A program made the translations under genes and the position numbers. DNA of 64,000 bases from a candidate division WOR-3 bacterium (GTDB lineage: Bacteria > Hydrothermota > 32-111): contig JBDRZU010000002.1 of assembly GCA_039804105.1 (NCBI GenBank), forward strand, positions 64,001 to 128,000. Reading direction: 5' to 3'. This document shows, piece by piece, positions 62,894-64,000 of this stretch (position 1 is its first letter; each line of letters begins with the position of its first letter). The notes under the pieces are model-generated. The model worked only from the letters and a program-made list of their open reading frames with translations, was not told where the DNA came from and searched no databases.

Positions 62894-62921
62894 AATATAA
62901 TAGAATAAAAAAATAAGTCAA
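62894..62921 (-). promoter_or_regulatory. sigma70 promoter of the ferredoxin gene
   Basis: TTGACT-16-TATATT. Confidence 0.6.
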
Positions 62922-62940
62922 TACCATTTTCAAAATTCTA

Positions 62941-62968
62941 TTGACAAATTTTTTAATGAGGATATAAT
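62941..62968 (+). promoter_or_regulatory. sigma70 promoter of tRNA-fMet
   Basis: TTGACA-16-TATAAT. Confidence 0.8.
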
Positions 62969-62981
62969 GTATAATTAAAAT

Positions 62982-63056
<75 letters not shown>

Positions 63057-63057
63057 A

Positions 63058-63828
63058 TCATTTATATTCAAAAGTTTGAAATTTAACAGGTCTTAAGATT
63101 CTATTAAATCTTATAAATTTCCAGATCTTCCAAACGGGTTGGGTCTTGTCGATCGAGAAATAATACAGAAACGGTGTTCCAACAATATATTTTCTATGTA
63201 AAGGTCCCCAGAACCTTGAGTCATCAGAATTGTCACGATTATCACCTAACATAAAGTAATGATCAGGAGGTACCACAACAGGACCAAAATTGTCTCTTGG
63301 AAGAATTGAAAAATATCTGTTCATATAGAATTCCCCATTCTCCCATAGCCGTTGATACTCTTTATGAGAAAGATAACCTTTATAGAAATCGTTTATGTGT
63401 GGATAAACAACAGAATCGATATGTTGAACAAAAGGTTCATCATAAGTCTTTCCATTTATGTATAAAATCTTATTCTTTATCTCTATTGTATCTCCGGGAA
63501 GTCCAACACATCTTTTTACAAAAGGCCTACCATCATAAGGGAATTTGAAAACTACTATGTCACCTCTTTTGGGATTTCTGTATCTGATTATTTCTTCTGA
63601 AGTGATTGGAACATTTGTTGAGTATTTCAACCTGTTAACAAAAAGAAAATCGTTTATCTGAAGGGTGTTCAACATTGAACCAGAAAATACCATGTACGAC
63701 TGTATAAAAAAAGATTTTAAAAGAAATGTTGCAACAACAGCAAAAAGTATAGCATCTATCCAATCAATGATTTTTTCCTCTTTTGTTTTGACTTTTTTCT
63801 CTTTTTTGTTCTTTTTAAAAAAATTCAT
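63058..63828 (-). CDS. lepB: Signal peptidase I
   Basis: SGSM..TL, RGDIVVF, FVKR..GLPGD, GDNRDNS.DSR.WG. Confidence 0.95.
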   Translation of the reverse strand: MNFFKKNKKEKKVKTKEEKIIDWIDAILFAVVATFLLKSFFIQSYMVFSGSMLNTLQINDFLFVNRLKYSTNVPITSEEIIRYRNPKRGDIVVFKFPYDGRPFVKRCVGLPGDTIEIKNKILYINGKTYDEPFVQHIDSVVYPHINDFYKGYLSHKEYQRLWENGEFYMNRYFSILPRDNFGPVVVPPDHYFMLGDNRDNSDDSRFWGPLHRKYIVGTPFLYYFSIDKTQPVWKIWKFIRFNRILRPVKFQTFEYK

Positions 63829-63834
63829 AGCAAA

Positions 63835-63862
63835 AGTATACCCAACAAAAAATATAAGTCAA
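63835..63862 (-). promoter_or_regulatory. sigma70 promoter (leaderless-type) of lepB
   Basis: TTGACT-16-TATACT, 6 nt before ATG 63828. Confidence 0.7.
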
Positions 63863-63864
63863 TA

Positions 63865-64000
63865 TCACCTGAGTTCTGAAACTATTTCCGAAAGTGTTGG
63901 ATGTATAAAAACTGTTTCCTTTAAAATTTTATAATCAAGATTATTCTGAACAAATGGTAAAAGTTGATGTATTATAACATCACTATCTTTACCAACAATA
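63865..64000 (-). CDS. 3' end of a pyridine nucleotide-disulfide oxidoreductase (dihydrolipoamide dehydrogenase-like), partial
   Basis: Manual translation IVGKDSDVIIHQLLPFVQNNLDYKILKETVFIHPTLSEIVSELR* contains the HPTLSE motif. Confidence 0.8.
   Translation of the reverse strand, partial: IVGKDSDVIIHQLLPFVQNNLDYKILKETVFIHPTLSEIVSELR

Overview
Very compact, AT-rich bacterial core-genome window. Many genes overlap by 1-20 nt. The organism is probably a diderm of the wider FCB-related/candidate-phyla radiation, inferred from the CTD-bearing secreted proteins, long SecA and DGGGP-synthase-like UbiA. Contents in order: 3' end of probable zapA; 6S RNA; a 16 kb plus-strand operon (rny-ymdB-folD-xseAB-ispA-DUF212-dxs-secA-ligA-thyX-GT4); an uncharacterised three-gene envelope module downstream of an aminotransferase-V/serA pair; hisJ-pepP-lgt; three secreted proteins with T9SS/FlgD-like C-termini (two S8 peptidases); tRNA-Phe/Leu; sensor-mnmA-NSS transporter; a long dnaG-rpoD operon including a DGGGP-synthase-like UbiA and uppP; a diguanylate cyclase; a phoH-HDIG-ybeY-CNNM-yitT-recO cluster; a lipoprotein + LysM coiled-coil pair; tRNA-Gly; a small secreted Cys-Cys-Cys peptide flanked by two possible LolA-like proteins; ferredoxin; tRNA-fMet; lepB; 3' end of an lpdA-like gene. 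I found no CRISPR array, transposase, integrase or prophage. Most interesting observations: a candidate Lpp-like OM-peptidoglycan tether pair, the small-peptide/LolA-like locus, six apparently leaderless operon heads, a CDS ending inside tRNA-Gly, a terminator that appears to encode a signal peptide, and an NSS-MetS fusion. All protein calls come from motif recognition by eye; no database searches were run.
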